From positions 4,216,001 to 4,280,000 of the forward strand of contig NC_090364.1 of assembly GCF_035084215.1 (NCBI RefSeq): 64,000 nt of DNA. The letters are read 5' to 3'. The number at the start of each line of letters is the position of its first letter. Position 1 is the stretch's first letter. The translations under genes were made by a program, and so were the position numbers. The notes under the pieces are model-generated. The model saw only the letters and a list, made by a program, of their open reading frames with translations. It made no database searches and was not told the origin of the DNA. Below are positions 62,051-64,000 of the stretch, piece after piece. This stretch comes from Heptranchias perlo (lineage: Eukaryota).

Positions 62051-63288
62051 ACCAGCAAGAGCGTACCACTCAAACTAATGTTGAGTACATTGGCACTTGC
62101 CCTCCCTGTCCTTTTCTGTATTTAGCAACAGCTTGCTGCAGTGATCAAATCTCTATTTCAGTTTAGATGCAGGAAGGAAGTGCAAATAGAAAGCCTTAGT
62201 TAGCAGAATACTAACCCAGTTACACACGTGAGCTTTATTGATGCCTGCCTAAGTGGTCAGGGAAGGATTGTGCTGGGAGCCCACAGACATTTTGAGTAGT
62301 GGGAGTATAGACAATAAAAAAAATGGAATAAGCCATATAGAAAAACAGATAAACGATTAAAGAAAAGTGGGACAAATACATACAGCAGGGCGAGAGGCTC
62401 GAGAACCAGTAACCACATCTTAAAATGTGGGGGAGGAGACAGATAGAAAGAAATGGGATGTGGTATGACTGTTTAGTAGAGCAAATATCAGCAAGGGAAC
62501 CTTATTGAATCCATACAGCCTAGAGCAGCTGCTCAAGCAGAGGCTAGAAGCATACACAAATAAACAAGGAACTGGAGGAGAGAGGCTAGAAAACCAGGTA
62601 ACTACAGGAGACACCATTAACAGTAATTTATGGACTCATTGGCAGCCAGCTGCATGGACAACCCTGTTATGAAATTCCTGTATTTATTTTTTCATTACTC
62701 TGGTATTAAGCAGTTTGAGACAGGGAAATTTTCTTACCTACTAAAACCAGCAACAGGGATTCCTAGCCTCAAATTCAGGAGTTATCCTCATAAGTAGGTT
62801 TACGTGATCATTGAACAATTAAGAATTTTTTTTCCCCCCCATGGTGGAGGGCTTTATTTAAAAAAAACCAGCAAAAGCTATATTATGTTGTAACATGTCT
62901 AAATATAAAGGAACAAAGACATTCCTCAGCCCTGGCAAGAGTAGTGTTGTGAAAAGGAATAGGTCAGGAAATGTCTTACTGTAATCATCTTAACAGCACA
63001 TGGACCCAAACGATCAGAATTTGACACCATTAGCTACCTAGCAAGGCACTGAAAACTTTAGCCATCCAGTCCCACATCACATGGACCCTTCCCCTCCCAA
63101 CAAAAGTGTTAGTCATTTTAAGGACACGACATTCAATACTCATTGTTTTTATTTCCAGTCACAGTGAGTTACTACAATACTTCAGAGTGATGCTTTGTAC
63201 AACTTACAATCAAAACTTCATACACCACAGATCATTCAATGTACAGGTTGGAGTGTCTGCAATTACAGAATATAATCCTGCAGTAAAT

Positions 63289-64000
63289 TCAGTCACTCTC
63301 CCCCAGGGTGTGCTTATCAAACAGGTACACTCCCATGCCATTCTCAGGGGCTCCCAGTCTCTTCAGGTTGGTGATGTGATCTCCAAGCTTCTTGATCATC
63401 TTCACTTGTTCATCCAAGTAGTGGGTCTCCAGGAAGTCACGCAACTGGAAAAGGGAGATTTTCATTTAAGGCACCTATTTCATTAAGATTGGTTTATTAA
63501 ACAAATTGCTTCAGGCACCCTGCATTGATTCACTTTCTCCTACTCAAGGAGAAAGCAGTCCTAAAAGTGACTATTGCACAAGAATCAATTCCTACTCCAA
63601 ACCTTCCCTTCCTGCTTTGTTTTCAGAGGTCGTCTCCACGTCTGCCTCTCACTAAAACTGGTACTAATCGAGGCATCTAGTAAACTGAATAAACAGATGG
63701 GCTTTTGAGGGTCTGTTCTCAGTGGACAGTTTGTGCAGATCCAGCGGACTCTGGTAAGGTGGCAGAGGATGCGAACAGTAGTGACCACACTTCAAGAGAA
63801 GTTAAATTGGCTGTAAAGTGCTTTGGGACATCCAGGTCACTATACAAGTGCAAGTGCTTCCTTTCATAAAGGAAACATTAGAAACTTACATGAGGGTCTG
63901 TCCTCTCAGTGGACAGTTTGTGCAGATCCAGCAGACTCTGGTTCACATTCTTCTCCATCTGCAGAGCTCTCTGCATTGCCTCCAGACCATTGCTCCACTC
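63289..64000 (-). CDS. FtG: ferritin subunit, partial (exon 3 cut at the window end, exon 4 complete)
   Basis: Exon 3 64000-63890 ([17 protein letters not shown]...TERTDPH, GTAAG donor); exon 4 63444-63289 [18 protein letters not shown]...HTLGESD*. Confidence 0.92.

Noticed and set aside
63106-63486. Plus-strand ORFs overlapping ferritin exons (also 51410-51733, 52083-52334, 57977-58204, 34987-35283)
   Set aside because: Antisense shadows of the ferritin coding exons.

Overview
Vertebrate genomic DNA, most likely a cartilaginous fish (inferred from the CR1, L2, Tx1, Deu-domain SINE and Penelope-like repeat content). The window holds a tandem cluster of seven intron-containing ferritin genes (here FtA-FtG; five complete, two cut by the window edges), with the canonical 4-exon phase-0 structure wherever visible, embedded in TE fragments and large minisatellites. 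The paralogues look functionally partitioned. FtB is a classical IRE-controlled subunit. FtC has an obligatory 52-aa Arg-rich, acid-free N-terminal leader, no IRE and a YY1-rich CpG promoter: a candidate intron-containing mitochondrial (or secreted) ferritin of separate origin from the mammalian FTMT retrogene. FtD is intact but has lost ferroxidase ligands and gained Lys at cavity positions. FtE/F/G form a trio with near-identical exons. FtA is a divergent, possibly L-like copy that the ORF track missed. Residue numbers follow the 176-aa FtB; human H-chain number = +3. All counts were made by eye.
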